Under the pieces are notes generated by a model that had not been told where the DNA came from, did no database searches, and was given only the letters and a program-made list of their open reading frames with translations. From NCBI GenBank assembly GCA_050179755.1, contig JBFXEV010000001.1:1257994-1321993 (forward strand): a DNA stretch of 64,000 nt, read 5' to 3'. Shown in pieces: positions 8,671-18,762 of this stretch (its first letter is position 1; each line of letters starts with the position of its first letter). The DNA is from Candidatus Babeliales bacterium (GTDB taxonomy: Bacteria > Babelota > Babeliae > Babelales > JBFXEV01). The position numbers and the translations under genes are program-made.

Positions 8671-10230
8671 ATGGCACAGAAAGCACTCAAATATGTAGTT
8701 CTTATTCCGCTTATTATCTTAAGCGTAATTTCCTTCAAGTTATTGTATAAAGCACCTGAAACAAAAATACTACTTAATCAAACAACCAATGGCGATGAAA
8801 CCCGTTATATAGATAAGCGAGGTAGTTTTGGGAAAGGACTTAAAAAAACAAAAGAAGGCTTAGTTGACCCAGAAGCCTTTGCACAAGTAGTGCGTACTGT
8901 TAATACGCGCAGCATAGAAGAATTTAATAAAATCCCGTGGGGCGTACAACCACCACTAATTATATATAATACGTTGCGCTGGGCTATTGCTGAAAACGTA
9001 ATGGGTAAAGAAGTTTGGCTTCAAGTCACCCCACCACCGCCAACCGTTGCTTCTTCTGAAAAAGCAAGTGAAGTAGTAGAATTATATTGGCATGCGTTGC
9101 TGCGTGATATTCCTTTTACACAGTATGCCACAAATGAACGAGTAGCAGTAGCCACTGAAGATCTTTCGCGTTGTTCAGATTTCAAAGGCCCTAAAGTTAA
9201 TGATAAAGTAACAGCGCAAACACTTTTCAGAACAACGTTTGATGGGGTTCTTGAAGGCCCCTACGTTTCACAATTTTTCTATTACGATATACCACTTGAA
9301 GATGAAGCAAAATTATCACAAAGATATACTACGCAGCAAGCTACTCTTTCTAACGAGTTTATGACATCGCTTGAGGAATGGCGCTTTATTGAATTAGGCA
9401 ATCAACCAGTGCGTAAGATAACGTATGATCCAAAAAAACGTTATATATGCACCATGCGTGATTTGGGCAATTATGTGCACATGGACCCGCCTCAATGGCA
9501 TTTTTTATGCACCCAACTTATTTTGTTAGGTTTTGGGCAAGAAGCCTTAAAGCAAGGAGCGCCAGCACTTACCCCTTCATTGCAACCAGCACAAACTGAA
9601 TTTTGCAAATTGCATCTTGGTGGCTTAGTATCATTGTGCACCGAAATGACCTCTCGCGCTGCATGGTACCAAAAATGGTTTATACATCGCTCGTTGCGTG
9701 CAGAGGAATATGCCTATTTAGTGGATCAACAAATTAAAAATATCTTTGACGCTGGGTTACATGAAGACGTGATTAATTCGCAAGCTGCGCAAGAAATTTT
9801 TGCATTGAATTCTCAACTTAATAATGGCGAAGGCACCTATTTACTCCCTCAAATGTATCCTGAAGGTTGCCCGCTGCATCCATCTTACCCTTCTGCGCAT
9901 GGTTCGGTTGCCGGTGGGTGCATTACTATATTAAAGGCATTCTTTAATGAAGATTTTGTGTTCGCCAAGCCTGTGATTCCTAATGCCGATGGTTCTGCCT
10001 TAGAAGCTTATAAAGGTGAGCCGTTGACCATTGGGCATGAACTGAATAAGTTTGCCATGAACATTGCCTTTGCCCGCAACATGGCCGGCGTGCATTATCG
10101 CTGTGATGCGGTGGAAGCTATGCTAATGGGCGAGAAAATAGCTCTTGCATTGCTTGCAGATTGGGCAAAAACAAATAATATGCATTTTACGCTTAAAAAG
10201 TTTGATGGCACATCAGTTTCTATTGGCTAA
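8671..10230 (+). CDS. Vanadium-dependent haloperoxidase (PAP2 superfamily)
   Basis: AWYQKWFIHRSLRAEE, HPSYPSAH and RNMAGVHYRCD vanadate-binding motifs; ELYWHALLRDIPF; N-terminal anchor. Confidence 0.85.
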   Translation: MAQKALKYVVLIPLIILSVISFKLLYKAPETKILLNQTTNGDETRYIDKRGSFGKGLKKTKEGLVDPEAFAQVVRTVNTRSIEEFNKIPWGVQPPLIIYNTLRWAIAENVMGKEVWLQVTPPPPTVASSEKASEVVELYWHALLRDIPFTQYATNERVAVATEDLSRCSDFKGPKVNDKVTAQTLFRTTFDGVLEGPYVSQFFYYDIPLEDEAKLSQRYTTQQATLSNEFMTSLEEWRFIELGNQPVRKITYDPKKRYICTMRDLGNYVHMDPPQWHFLCTQLILLGFGQEALKQGAPALTPSLQPAQTEFCKLHLGGLVSLCTEMTSRAAWYQKWFIHRSLRAEEYAYLVDQQIKNIFDAGLHEDVINSQAAQEIFALNSQLNNGEGTYLLPQMYPEGCPLHPSYPSAHGSVAGGCITILKAFFNEDFVFAKPVIPNADGSALEAYKGEPLTIGHELNKFAMNIAFARNMAGVHYRCDAVEAMLMGEKIALALLADWAKTNNMHFTLKKFDGTSVSIG

Positions 10231-10268
10231 ATGCCAAGCATCAATTCCCTGAATTATATGCTATTTAC

Positions 10269-10302
10269 TATGCCAGATTGAAAATAGTTTCAATCTGGCA
10301 TA
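10269..10302. terminator. Terminator-like hairpin
   Basis: tatgccagattgaaa-atag-tttcaatctggcata. Confidence 0.7.
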
Positions 10303-10427
10303 AATCGTTAACAAAACCCTATCAATTTTAAATTCGCATTTCAGCCACTCATTTGCTATACTAAAAACGTCATCTAGAGCGACAATGCACACTAAATTTT
10401 TTTTTAGACCCCCTTAAAACGCTTATT

Positions 10428-11957
10428 ATGAAATTATTTCTATTTTTCCTCTCTACGATTATTTTGTGTACAGGCAACATAGCGCACGCTATGAAACTTG
10501 CAGCAGCTTGCTCGACAATTGACTACAGGGCTCAACAGAAACTTAATGAAGATTTGTGCTATAACGCTAGTCATAACGCTGGGGCACTCTCACAACTCAT
10601 TGAGACTGGTGCTCAAGTAAATGCATATGTTGATGGGCGTACCGCATTGCACTGCGCTGCAGCCTCTGGCTCTCTTGCTATTGGTGCCATGCAGGTGCTT
10701 TTACAAGCAGGGGCAAATCCTTATGCGGTCGATATACATGGCGATTCATCGTTGTGTACTGCCATTGCCTATGGCAACTATGATGGGGTAAGAATGATGC
10801 TAGCATCTGGTTTTAATCCCCATGCTCGTGATGAATCTGGGCACACACCACTTGATTATTTTATGCAGCGTGCACGCGTGAAAAATCTAGAAAACTATAG
10901 TACCGCTGGGGTAGAACGTGAAAATCAAAGGCTCCGCAATCTTACTTTGAGAGCGCTATTGACTACTGTTTCCCCTTATGAGTTACAGCATGTGCCGTTT
11001 ATTATTCTTTGCTTAATGAAGCCCATTACTGTTTCTCTAACAAATGGAGAAGAAAAAGAGCTGCCTGACGAACTCCGGCGGCGCATTGCTCAACTATTAG
11101 TACCAACGATTATTGATGAGAAATTAGCTCTCGCAAAAGAATATCTCCCCGATCTTCCAACCGATAAATTAAGAGCATTACTAACAGTCAGCGCTAGAAA
11201 CGCTTTTAAACGCAAAATGCCTACACTTCCAAAATTACCAGCACAGGATATCATGGTAGTATTAAGTGATGAAGATAAAAAACATATAACAGATTTGCCA
11301 TACTTTGTGTTGTTTCATTATAAAAACCAGATAGTGTTACAGGCATTGCTAAAGGCTGGCGCTGATCCCAATCAAATAACCTTACGCGGCGAAACGGCTC
11401 TATTTTTTGAAGTATCAAAAGGATCATTGTCTTCTCTTGCTACAATAAAAATGTTATTGGATGCAGGTGCCGATGTAAATGCAAGAACAATAGGCGGCAA
11501 TACTGCTTTACACAGAGCAGTTTGGCTTGGCGTTAATCAGTTATGCCCTGCTATTCAATTGTTGATTGAAGCCGGTGGCGATACTACTATTGCAAATGCA
11601 AGCGGAGTAACACCTTCTCAACTTGCCATTAATGCCGCATTGTTGTTAGAAAAAAAAGTCAATGAAAATATAATACGCATATTGATTACAACTGTTTCCC
11701 CTTATGATATAGAAGAGGTAATCCCTCACATAATAGCACTTAGAAAAAATGGTAGATACCCCCTTAATGCAGCTGAAATTATAGCAGATTCATTAATTCC
11801 TCATATTATTGCGCAAAAATTAGAATTAGTGCGTGCCTATCTACCAAACACTCCTCAAGAGTTTATTCGTTTTCGTCCTGAAATACTTGCAAGTATTAAT
11901 CGCCTTATTCGCACATGCCCTGCTATAAAAGCTGCTGAGCGGCAACACAACAATTAA
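10428..11957 (+). CDS. Exported ankyrin protein made of two [ANK + TTVSP helical domain] modules
   Basis: GRTALH, GHTPLD, GETALF and GNTALH repeats; LLTTVSPY and LITTVSPY modules. Confidence 0.88.
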   Translation: MKLFLFFLSTIILCTGNIAHAMKLAAACSTIDYRAQQKLNEDLCYNASHNAGALSQLIETGAQVNAYVDGRTALHCAAASGSLAIGAMQVLLQAGANPYAVDIHGDSSLCTAIAYGNYDGVRMMLASGFNPHARDESGHTPLDYFMQRARVKNLENYSTAGVERENQRLRNLTLRALLTTVSPYELQHVPFIILCLMKPITVSLTNGEEKELPDELRRRIAQLLVPTIIDEKLALAKEYLPDLPTDKLRALLTVSARNAFKRKMPTLPKLPAQDIMVVLSDEDKKHITDLPYFVLFHYKNQIVLQALLKAGADPNQITLRGETALFFEVSKGSLSSLATIKMLLDAGADVNARTIGGNTALHRAVWLGVNQLCPAIQLLIEAGGDTTIANASGVTPSQLAINAALLLEKKVNENIIRILITTVSPYDIEEVIPHIIALRKNGRYPLNAAEIIADSLIPHIIAQKLELVRAYLPNTPQEFIRFRPEILASINRLIRTCPAIKAAERQHNN

Positions 11958-12062
11958 TTCTTGGCATGCATCGCGCAATTGCTTGCTCTGCAAGATATCT
12001 TTTTGGTAGACTTTTTACAATATTAAATACATTAATTTTTGTAAAAACAAAAAGGACCGCAA

Positions 12063-14441
12063 GTGATTAAACGACTATTTTTCTTCATCCTTATCTTGTG
12101 TTGCAATGCTGCAGCAATAGCTCAAGAATATGGCGTTGCCATTCCAGTCTCTTTTGATCCTCAAGCACAAGAATGGTCTGTGTTGCTTGGCCTTCAGCAA
12201 GATAATCAATGGTGGCCATTCCGGGAGCAATTGCAGCAAGGAGAAAAAGCAAATGTTGCAGCCCAACGTGCTTTAAATACCAAAACAAATGGTGTCTACA
12301 ATATTTCTATTACTGGAGTGCCATGGGAAAAAATAGGCAACACGTTTTTTCATCTTGTACCAGTAGAATTTATTTCAGGATCAAAGTTATATAACTCAGC
12401 AACCAGTAAAGCAGTTTCTGACTTTGTATGGATCCCCGCAAAACATCTTTTGCAAAAAGGCACAATTAAACCCCATAAAGTGAAAACAAATACAACTGTT
12501 GGTGAAAGCTTTGTAGATGCTTTTAAAATGCTTTGGCCAAAAAAGCAGTATGAACTTTCGGCTACACAACAAGCTGCACCCACCACAAAAGCAGGAACTG
12601 GTACACAAACACCACTTGGTGCCACTACAAAGATAATGGGCAATCAAGGAACTCAATGGGGAGGCAATGCCGATTCCATTTATTTTTATGTAAAAGATGC
12701 ACCATATTATGAATTTACCAATTTCTATGAACAAGATATAAAAATTGATGGCAAAGTTTGGCCCACAAGTGAGCAATATTACCAAGCAATGAAATTCACG
12801 GATAATAATTTGCAGGAAAAGATACGCCAATTTAAATCTGATGCTGCAGGTTCTGGCCCGCGTAAAGCTTTTGATTTTGCTCAAAAAAATAAATCGTCTG
12901 TTCGTGCAGATTGGCAACAAATAAGCCTTGATACTATGAGAAAAGCCGTACGAGAAAAATTTACACAACACAAAGGCTTGGCCAATCTTTTACTCTCTAC
13001 TGGCACTAAAACTCTTGTGGAAGCTGCAGGCGGCAATGATGACTTTTATGGTGCTGGTGCTGATTATAATGGCAAAAATTGGTTAGGTCGCATTCTTATG
13101 GAAGTGCGCGATGAGTTGCGACAAAAGAAAATTCCATCGCCTGCTGCAGTGGCAGTAGCCGCACATAAACTACAAACACCTTCAAGTGTATTACTTTCTC
13201 AAGCGCTTAAAAATCTAGAAACAAAACTTATAGATCTTCAAGATTCATTGCACGGTGCTCAAAAAAAAAGTAGTCTAACAAGCTCTCTTGAAGAACAGCG
13301 AGAAGTATTTAATCCGTTTATGCATGTAACAGGTATTTCTGAAAGTTCTTTTAAAAAATTAAGTGAAAACCAAAAGCACGCACTTAAAAAAGGAAATGCC
13401 TTCTTAAATCAGCAGACAAACGCAGTCTGGAATATGGGCACTGTTGATATTGCTTCTGTTGAGACATTACGTAAAACAAAAAAAGATGGCAAGGGTAGCG
13501 TATTTAATGTAATTGAAGGTGTGGATACGCCATGGAATCACTGGTTTAGAGAATATGTTGATGTTACTGCACTACAAGCAGATCCCTCCAATAAAGATGC
13601 TGTGTTTCAAGTAGCTTCAAATTTTAATGGCCTTGAAGGTTCTGGTGCTCCACATGAAGGTATTATGCCTTATTTAAACCCAAATCTGTATGTGCAAGGA
13701 GAGGCGGCAGCAATTTCTGCAATGCCTGGCATTATCTATCGCATGTATTATATGCCACATCAAGTAAATGGTAAGATATACCAAGGGCAACTACAAGAGC
13801 AACTCAATTTGCTTGAGCAGTTTACTAGTGGGCAGCATAAAATTCCTGTGCATGATGGCTATATTGGCAAAGTGCCAGACATAGAGGCATTTGCAAAATT
13901 ATCCGACATAGAATTAAAGCAGCTTGCAGGTAACGTACATATAGCATTCCACCAAGATATTCAAGTTTCTAGTGGCCTGGGACCACTTAAAAATGAATTG
14001 CCAACTTATAAAGCAATAAAAGTTAGCAATCCAAGTCAACGCATTAATCAAATATTTGCAGCAGCAATGAACCCGTATCAACACAATGTAAATTCTGCAG
14101 GATTTAAAAATCTTGCACAGATGCTTTTGTATGCAGCGTACGAAGGCGGCTTAAAAAGTGCATATGCACACGGTAAAAAGAAAGTATTTTTAACTTTAAT
14201 TGGTGGCGGCGTATTTAAGAATGACCTTTCATGGATCACGCAAGCAATTGAAGAGGCGGTCAAACCATTTTTAACGTATGGTAATATGGAAATTAATCTT
14301 ATTGTGTATTATAGTGGCGATTATAAGAACAAAGATTTAGCTGCATGGAATAATTTTGAAGCTAAAATGGCAGCGCTTGTGCAAAAAAGCGGTGGAGAGT
14401 ATGTGCAGTATAAGGCTGATGGAAAGCATATTAAAAAATAA
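12063..14441 (+). CDS. Exported multidomain protein: degenerate Nudix-like + NADAR (YbiA-like) + macro/PARG-like domain
   Basis: NADAR motifs FTNFY, WPTSEQYYQAMKF, EKFTQH, GKNWLGRILMEVR; C-terminal FQVASNFNGLE...QG and LTLIGGGVF; signal peptide. Confidence 0.8.
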   Translation: MIKRLFFFILILCCNAAAIAQEYGVAIPVSFDPQAQEWSVLLGLQQDNQWWPFREQLQQGEKANVAAQRALNTKTNGVYNISITGVPWEKIGNTFFHLVPVEFISGSKLYNSATSKAVSDFVWIPAKHLLQKGTIKPHKVKTNTTVGESFVDAFKMLWPKKQYELSATQQAAPTTKAGTGTQTPLGATTKIMGNQGTQWGGNADSIYFYVKDAPYYEFTNFYEQDIKIDGKVWPTSEQYYQAMKFTDNNLQEKIRQFKSDAAGSGPRKAFDFAQKNKSSVRADWQQISLDTMRKAVREKFTQHKGLANLLLSTGTKTLVEAAGGNDDFYGAGADYNGKNWLGRILMEVRDELRQKKIPSPAAVAVAAHKLQTPSSVLLSQALKNLETKLIDLQDSLHGAQKKSSLTSSLEEQREVFNPFMHVTGISESSFKKLSENQKHALKKGNAFLNQQTNAVWNMGTVDIASVETLRKTKKDGKGSVFNVIEGVDTPWNHWFREYVDVTALQADPSNKDAVFQVASNFNGLEGSGAPHEGIMPYLNPNLYVQGEAAAISAMPGIIYRMYYMPHQVNGKIYQGQLQEQLNLLEQFTSGQHKIPVHDGYIGKVPDIEAFAKLSDIELKQLAGNVHIAFHQDIQVSSGLGPLKNELPTYKAIKVSNPSQRINQIFAAAMNPYQHNVNSAGFKNLAQMLLYAAYEGGLKSAYAHGKKKVFLTLIGGGVFKNDLSWITQAIEEAVKPFLTYGNMEINLIVYYSGDYKNKDLAAWNNFEAKMAALVQKSGGEYVQYKADGKHIKK

Positions 14442-14447
14442 AAAAAA

Positions 14448-14470
14448 GGGGATAGAATCTCTCTATCCCC
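14448..14470. terminator. Hairpin between convergent genes
   Basis: ggggataga-atctc-tctatcccc preceded by an A-tract. Confidence 0.7.
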
Positions 14471-14479
14471 TGGGTTGTA

Positions 14480-15100
14480 TTACTCAGTAAGTTGAGCTAC
14501 TTTTTCAGCTACAGCATGAATGCCGTGCTTTGTTTTTTCTTTAACCGTATATGCAGCATCTGATACTTTTTCAGCACCAGCATACGTGCTATCCTTAATA
14601 TACGTGCCCGCATTTTTAGCTTGTGTAGTCACCACATCTGTTGCGTAACCCAGAGATCTTTTAATTGATTGCCAATATGTTGGTGATAATGGATCGCTGC
14701 AGGTAATAACAATTGCAATATCATTTTCATTTTTATGATCAATTAAGAAATCTACATTATGGCCATTTTTAGTAGCATGCTCATTGCAAGCATCTACAAA
14801 CGAATAGAGATTAACATAGAGCATGTGCTCCAACTCATTGCTAAACTCTTGCGAAATATCAACGGTCATTGCAGATTCGTCTACTTCAAGTCTAAGCCTG
14901 TATTGATGTGAAGTTATTTCACAAATTTCATGCATACTCGTTGATACTTGTTTAAAGAGCTCTTGTTTAAATGTTTCATCTTCAGCACAATTGTGCACGG
15001 AATCAATAGTTATTGATATATGTTTAGATTCTCGTGATAGTACTGGGTTTGCTGTAAGAGAGAAAAGACCAATGCAGAGAATTTTGAAAATGTTGTTCAT
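14480..15100 (-). CDS. Exported hypothetical protein with an LEA-like amphipathic C-terminus
   Basis: Signal peptide; tail AGAEKVSDAAYTVKEKTKHGIHAVAEKV. Confidence 0.7.
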   Translation of the reverse strand: MNNIFKILCIGLFSLTANPVLSRESKHISITIDSVHNCAEDETFKQELFKQVSTSMHEICEITSHQYRLRLEVDESAMTVDISQEFSNELEHMLYVNLYSFVDACNEHATKNGHNVDFLIDHKNENDIAIVITCSDPLSPTYWQSIKRSLGYATDVVTTQAKNAGTYIKDSTYAGAEKVSDAAYTVKEKTKHGIHAVAEKVAQLTE

Positions 15101-15487
15101 AATGAGTAATCCTTATGTTATTTAAGAGTGATGTAAACAAGTGTTTACGTTATATGGATTATAAGAGTCATGACGTCTTAAACACAAGATAACACCATAT
15201 GCTAGCCAAGTCAACATATAAAACCAATAAAAATGGCGTTATTCCAGCATTATAGCGATGTTACAGGTAGAGGTCATCGCGTGTGAGATGCTTACTTTGA
15301 AGATTTTCGATAACTCATGTGGACAAGTTTTTGAATCAATAACCCTACTATATTTGGGGCTAAAGAATCTATTGAATCCCACCAAGAATTGATGATTATC
15401 AGACATTTTGTTTCTATAAGAATCTATGCAAATTGGTTACGCATGTAAGCAGATTTTTTTCGAGCAATCTGCTCATTAGATACTGCT

Positions 15488-16333
15488 TTAAATGCTTGAT
15501 CTAATTTCCTTATCAGCTGAGGATACATTAATTTCTATTGCGTCCTTTAGTTTTTCGGGATCAGATACATAATGCAACGCCATGGCTACTATATCTGTTG
15601 CAAGTAAATTTGTCCATTGATCAAAGCTTTTCACTTCAGCACGCTTTTTTGAGTTTTCTGTAACCCACACTGTTTGCCTGCCAGCGGCCAAGTCTAATTC
15701 AATGAGCTGCGCTAAAGCAACTTTTCCGTGAATATTTTTTTGAACATTATGAAATTGCAACATAATATCAGAGCGTGTACCTTTGCGCGGCAAGGTAGGG
15801 TCATAACAGACACTAATAATTTTATTAAATGCCCAGCCATCAGCATGTTCGCCTAAATCCCAACGCAAAAGAAGCTGCTTTGCGGCACGCTGATATATAA
15901 AATAAGTTCCTTTAGCTGCTACAAAGGTATGTAACTCTTCATCTACATTGGCCAGATCTTCTAATGCAGGAATTGCATCCCCGCGTATTTTATCAAACAT
16001 AAGGCTACGAAATACCTCAAATATTGTGCACAGTTCTTTGCGAGCTTCTTCCGTATATACGTCAAGCAAGGTAGAAGCTACCGAGCGCGCAACCGATGGT
16101 GGTATGTGTTTTTGCTCCTGAGCCTGCCCATGCGCGTCAATTAAATTATCAGGAAGTAACACAAAAACCTCTTTATGTACTACACGCGGCCTAACAGTTT
16201 GTTCCAAAGGAATAGTAATAGATAATTTTGAAAACCTTGCTTCTGGGACAAGCGCGCTTGTTTTTTGCTGCATGCCAAAACTTGGATTAATCACAGCAAG
16301 CAGAGCAACAAAATATAGTGATAGTAATTTCAT
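15488..16333 (-). CDS. Exported hypothetical protein
   Basis: Signal ending SFG|M; 281-aa ORF. Confidence 0.7.
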   Translation of the reverse strand: MKLLSLYFVALLAVINPSFGMQQKTSALVPEARFSKLSITIPLEQTVRPRVVHKEVFVLLPDNLIDAHGQAQEQKHIPPSVARSVASTLLDVYTEEARKELCTIFEVFRSLMFDKIRGDAIPALEDLANVDEELHTFVAAKGTYFIYQRAAKQLLLRWDLGEHADGWAFNKIISVCYDPTLPRKGTRSDIMLQFHNVQKNIHGKVALAQLIELDLAAGRQTVWVTENSKKRAEVKSFDQWTNLLATDIVAMALHYVSDPEKLKDAIEINVSSADKEIRSSI

Positions 16334-16670
16334 TTTTAAACCTTATTATTTTTTTGAGAATAAATGTTTGTCTTGAGGGTGAAAGTTAAGAAAAGCTCCC
16401 CAATAGTTCTGAGCCGCTTATCTGCTGTTTTTACTTGCAAAAGCGCGCCATGGTACTTTCTTTCATAAGTAGCTGCTCATCTATCTAAAAACCTGTATTA
16501 GTATACAGCAAATCAATAATAATTCTCCCCTTTTTCTATGTCAATAAACTCAAATTTATTGACTTGCTTTTCTACCCTGTTTTTAGCCTTCTACTCCTGT
16601 ACTCTTTCAATCAGCCCTGCTGGTATGGTATGCTAAGTGTAGGATAATAGGTCCCAATCTTAAAAAGGAG

Positions 16671-16865
16671 ATGACTATGTTAGGTTTAATTATTGCCTTT
16701 GCAATACTTTCACTCGTTGCGGGTGTTTTAGGATTTACAACAGTAGCGGTAGGCTTTGCAGCAATTGCTAAAGTCTTTTTCTACTTGTTCCTTATCGGAC
16801 TTGCAATTTCTATAGTTATGTATTTTGTTCGCGGCAAAGACAATCGCCCGCTCAACAGACCATAA
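16671..16865 (+). CDS. DUF1328 (UPF0391) small membrane protein
   Basis: AGVLGF...AAIAKVFFYLFLI pattern, two TM helices, AGGAG RBS. Confidence 0.85.
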   Translation: MTMLGLIIAFAILSLVAGVLGFTTVAVGFAAIAKVFFYLFLIGLAISIVMYFVRGKDNRPLNRP

Positions 16866-17052
16866 TTTTTTCTACAAATTTCTTGTAGAAAATTAAAAAA
16901 CTTAGATGGCTTTTTTTATATCAAAAATATATTAAAAGCCATTTTTGTTTAATCATTTTTAAAATGCAAATAAAATTGATGTTTGGCGCAAGATCATAAA
17001 TTCACACACAATCATCAAGGCAGTGGTGAAATAATAAAAATAACCACCATTT

Positions 17053-17883
17053 TTATTGTGGTTTTTTTTGAGAAGCGTACAAAATTTTTCGCACATCACG
17101 TTCAATGAGGTTTTGAAAATTCATTTCAAATAAATCAACGGAAAGCAATGGTATGATACGGCCAAGTTTTTCTTTAGTTTCTTGATCACACACTTTTAGT
17201 TTATCCGTGCGTAAGCACAAAACATCAAGTTGAAATTTTACTACCTCACCGGGCGTAAAACCTTTTTTATTTCTTAATTGAAGTAGTTTTTTGCCCTCCA
17301 TTATACGCCAATTGGTTATTAACCTAACAGCTTCTTCAAAGTCATCTGTTCCTTGCAGCCTATAATCAATATGATGGCGAGCTTTAACAAGTATAATTTT
17401 TACTAAATTTTCAAAACCAGATTCGGCTGCACTATGTAATGGGGTATTAAGAGATATAGCGGCAGGAAAAACCACTGATGCATCATGCTCCAAAAGCTGT
17501 ATTACAATATTGGGAGCGTACTCACTGCTGATTATCGCAGAATGTAGTGGAGTAGCAGATCCATGTGTAGTTGATGCGTTCACATTCGCACCTCGAGCCA
17601 ATAATAAGGCAACAACTTCATGTTTACCTGCTCCTGCTGCATAATGCAAAAAAGTTTCACCGGCAGCATTGCATCCATTAACCGGAATTGGCTTGCTTAT
17701 AATGCCACCAGCTAACTTACTTGCTACAAAGCTATCCCAGCCTTTGCGAATAAATATTGCGACCGATTCAAATTCTTTATCACTGAGCACCATTGGTTCT
17801 TTTGATACATCCATGGCATAAAGTAGTGAGCAGCACAAGATAGTAATAAGAATTATAATAGGGGAACGCATAAGACCTCTCAT
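17053..17883 (-). CDS. Exported ankyrin-repeat protein
   Basis: GETFLHYAA, ATPLHSA, NTPLHSAA; signal ending LYA|M. Confidence 0.85.
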   Translation of the reverse strand: MRGLMRSPIIILITILCCSLLYAMDVSKEPMVLSDKEFESVAIFIRKGWDSFVASKLAGGIISKPIPVNGCNAAGETFLHYAAGAGKHEVVALLLARGANVNASTTHGSATPLHSAIISSEYAPNIVIQLLEHDASVVFPAAISLNTPLHSAAESGFENLVKIILVKARHHIDYRLQGTDDFEEAVRLITNWRIMEGKKLLQLRNKKGFTPGEVVKFQLDVLCLRTDKLKVCDQETKEKLGRIIPLLSVDLFEMNFQNLIERDVRKILYASQKKPQ

Positions 17884-17936
17884 AGTGTCTACTATGAGTA
17901 TAACGATTTTATACGAAGTCTTACAATGAAATTTTT

Positions 17937-18755
17937 TTAAGAAGCTTCACTAACATTTACAGAACTATCTTGAATGCGAAAGCGCTCAATACCAATTGCA
18001 AGACCAGTGGTAGTATCAATACTAATGCACACGCCACACAGAATCATGGGGCCTTTATCTTCAACTTCAAACTTGACCGGCATTTGCATGCGCATGTTTT
18101 TGATAATAGGCTCTATTTGCATACCGATCATAGAATTGAGCGCGCCGCCCATGCCAAGATCACTAATATAAGCAGTGCCTAATGGCAATATGCGCTCATC
18201 GGCAGTTTGCACGTGCGTATGTGTGCCAACCACTGCGCTTACTTTGCCATCTAAAAAATAACCAAGGCCATATTTTTCTGAAGTAGCTTCTGCATGCATA
18301 TCAACCAAAATAATTTTAGTTTTTTTCTTGAGCAATGGCAGTATGGACTCGACCGTTCTAAATTGGCAATCTACAAGCTCTTTCATAAAGATGCGGCCTT
18401 GCAAATTAATCACCCCTATAGTATGCATACCAACGGTAAAAGTAGTGTATCCCTTACCAGGGCAACCGGGCGGAAAATTTGCAGGCCGCACTAAATCATC
18501 ATGCTGATCAAGATAGGCATTAATTTCATTGTGACGCCATATATGGTTACCAGAAGTTACCACATTAACGTGATGTTGTTTGAAAAAGTTCATAACCCGA
18601 GGAGTTATCCCTCTGCCTTGAGCACTATTTTCACCGTTCACCAGTACAGCATCAGCTTTAAACTGTTCACGCAAAGCATTAATATGTTTTTGAAACACAG
18701 CTCTTCCGGGAGCCCCTACTAAATCACCAAAAAAAAGAACCCTGAGTGTGCTCAT
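17937..18755 (-). CDS. ymdB: YmdB-family (TIGR00282) metallophosphoesterase
   Basis: GDLVG, NGEN, SGNH, DMHAEATSEK and GTHTHVQTAD motifs; conserved position after rny. Confidence 0.93.
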   Translation of the reverse strand: MSTLRVLFFGDLVGAPGRAVFQKHINALREQFKADAVLVNGENSAQGRGITPRVMNFFKQHHVNVVTSGNHIWRHNEINAYLDQHDDLVRPANFPPGCPGKGYTTFTVGMHTIGVINLQGRIFMKELVDCQFRTVESILPLLKKKTKIILVDMHAEATSEKYGLGYFLDGKVSAVVGTHTHVQTADERILPLGTAYISDLGMGGALNSMIGMQIEPIIKNMRMQMPVKFEVEDKGPMILCGVCISIDTTTGLAIGIERFRIQDSSVNVSEAS

Positions 18756-18762
18756 AATAACC

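Noticed and set aside
15101..15487. oriC candidate (tgtggacaa, one mismatch to a DnaA box)
   Set aside because: Single imperfect box, no cluster and no dnaA nearby.
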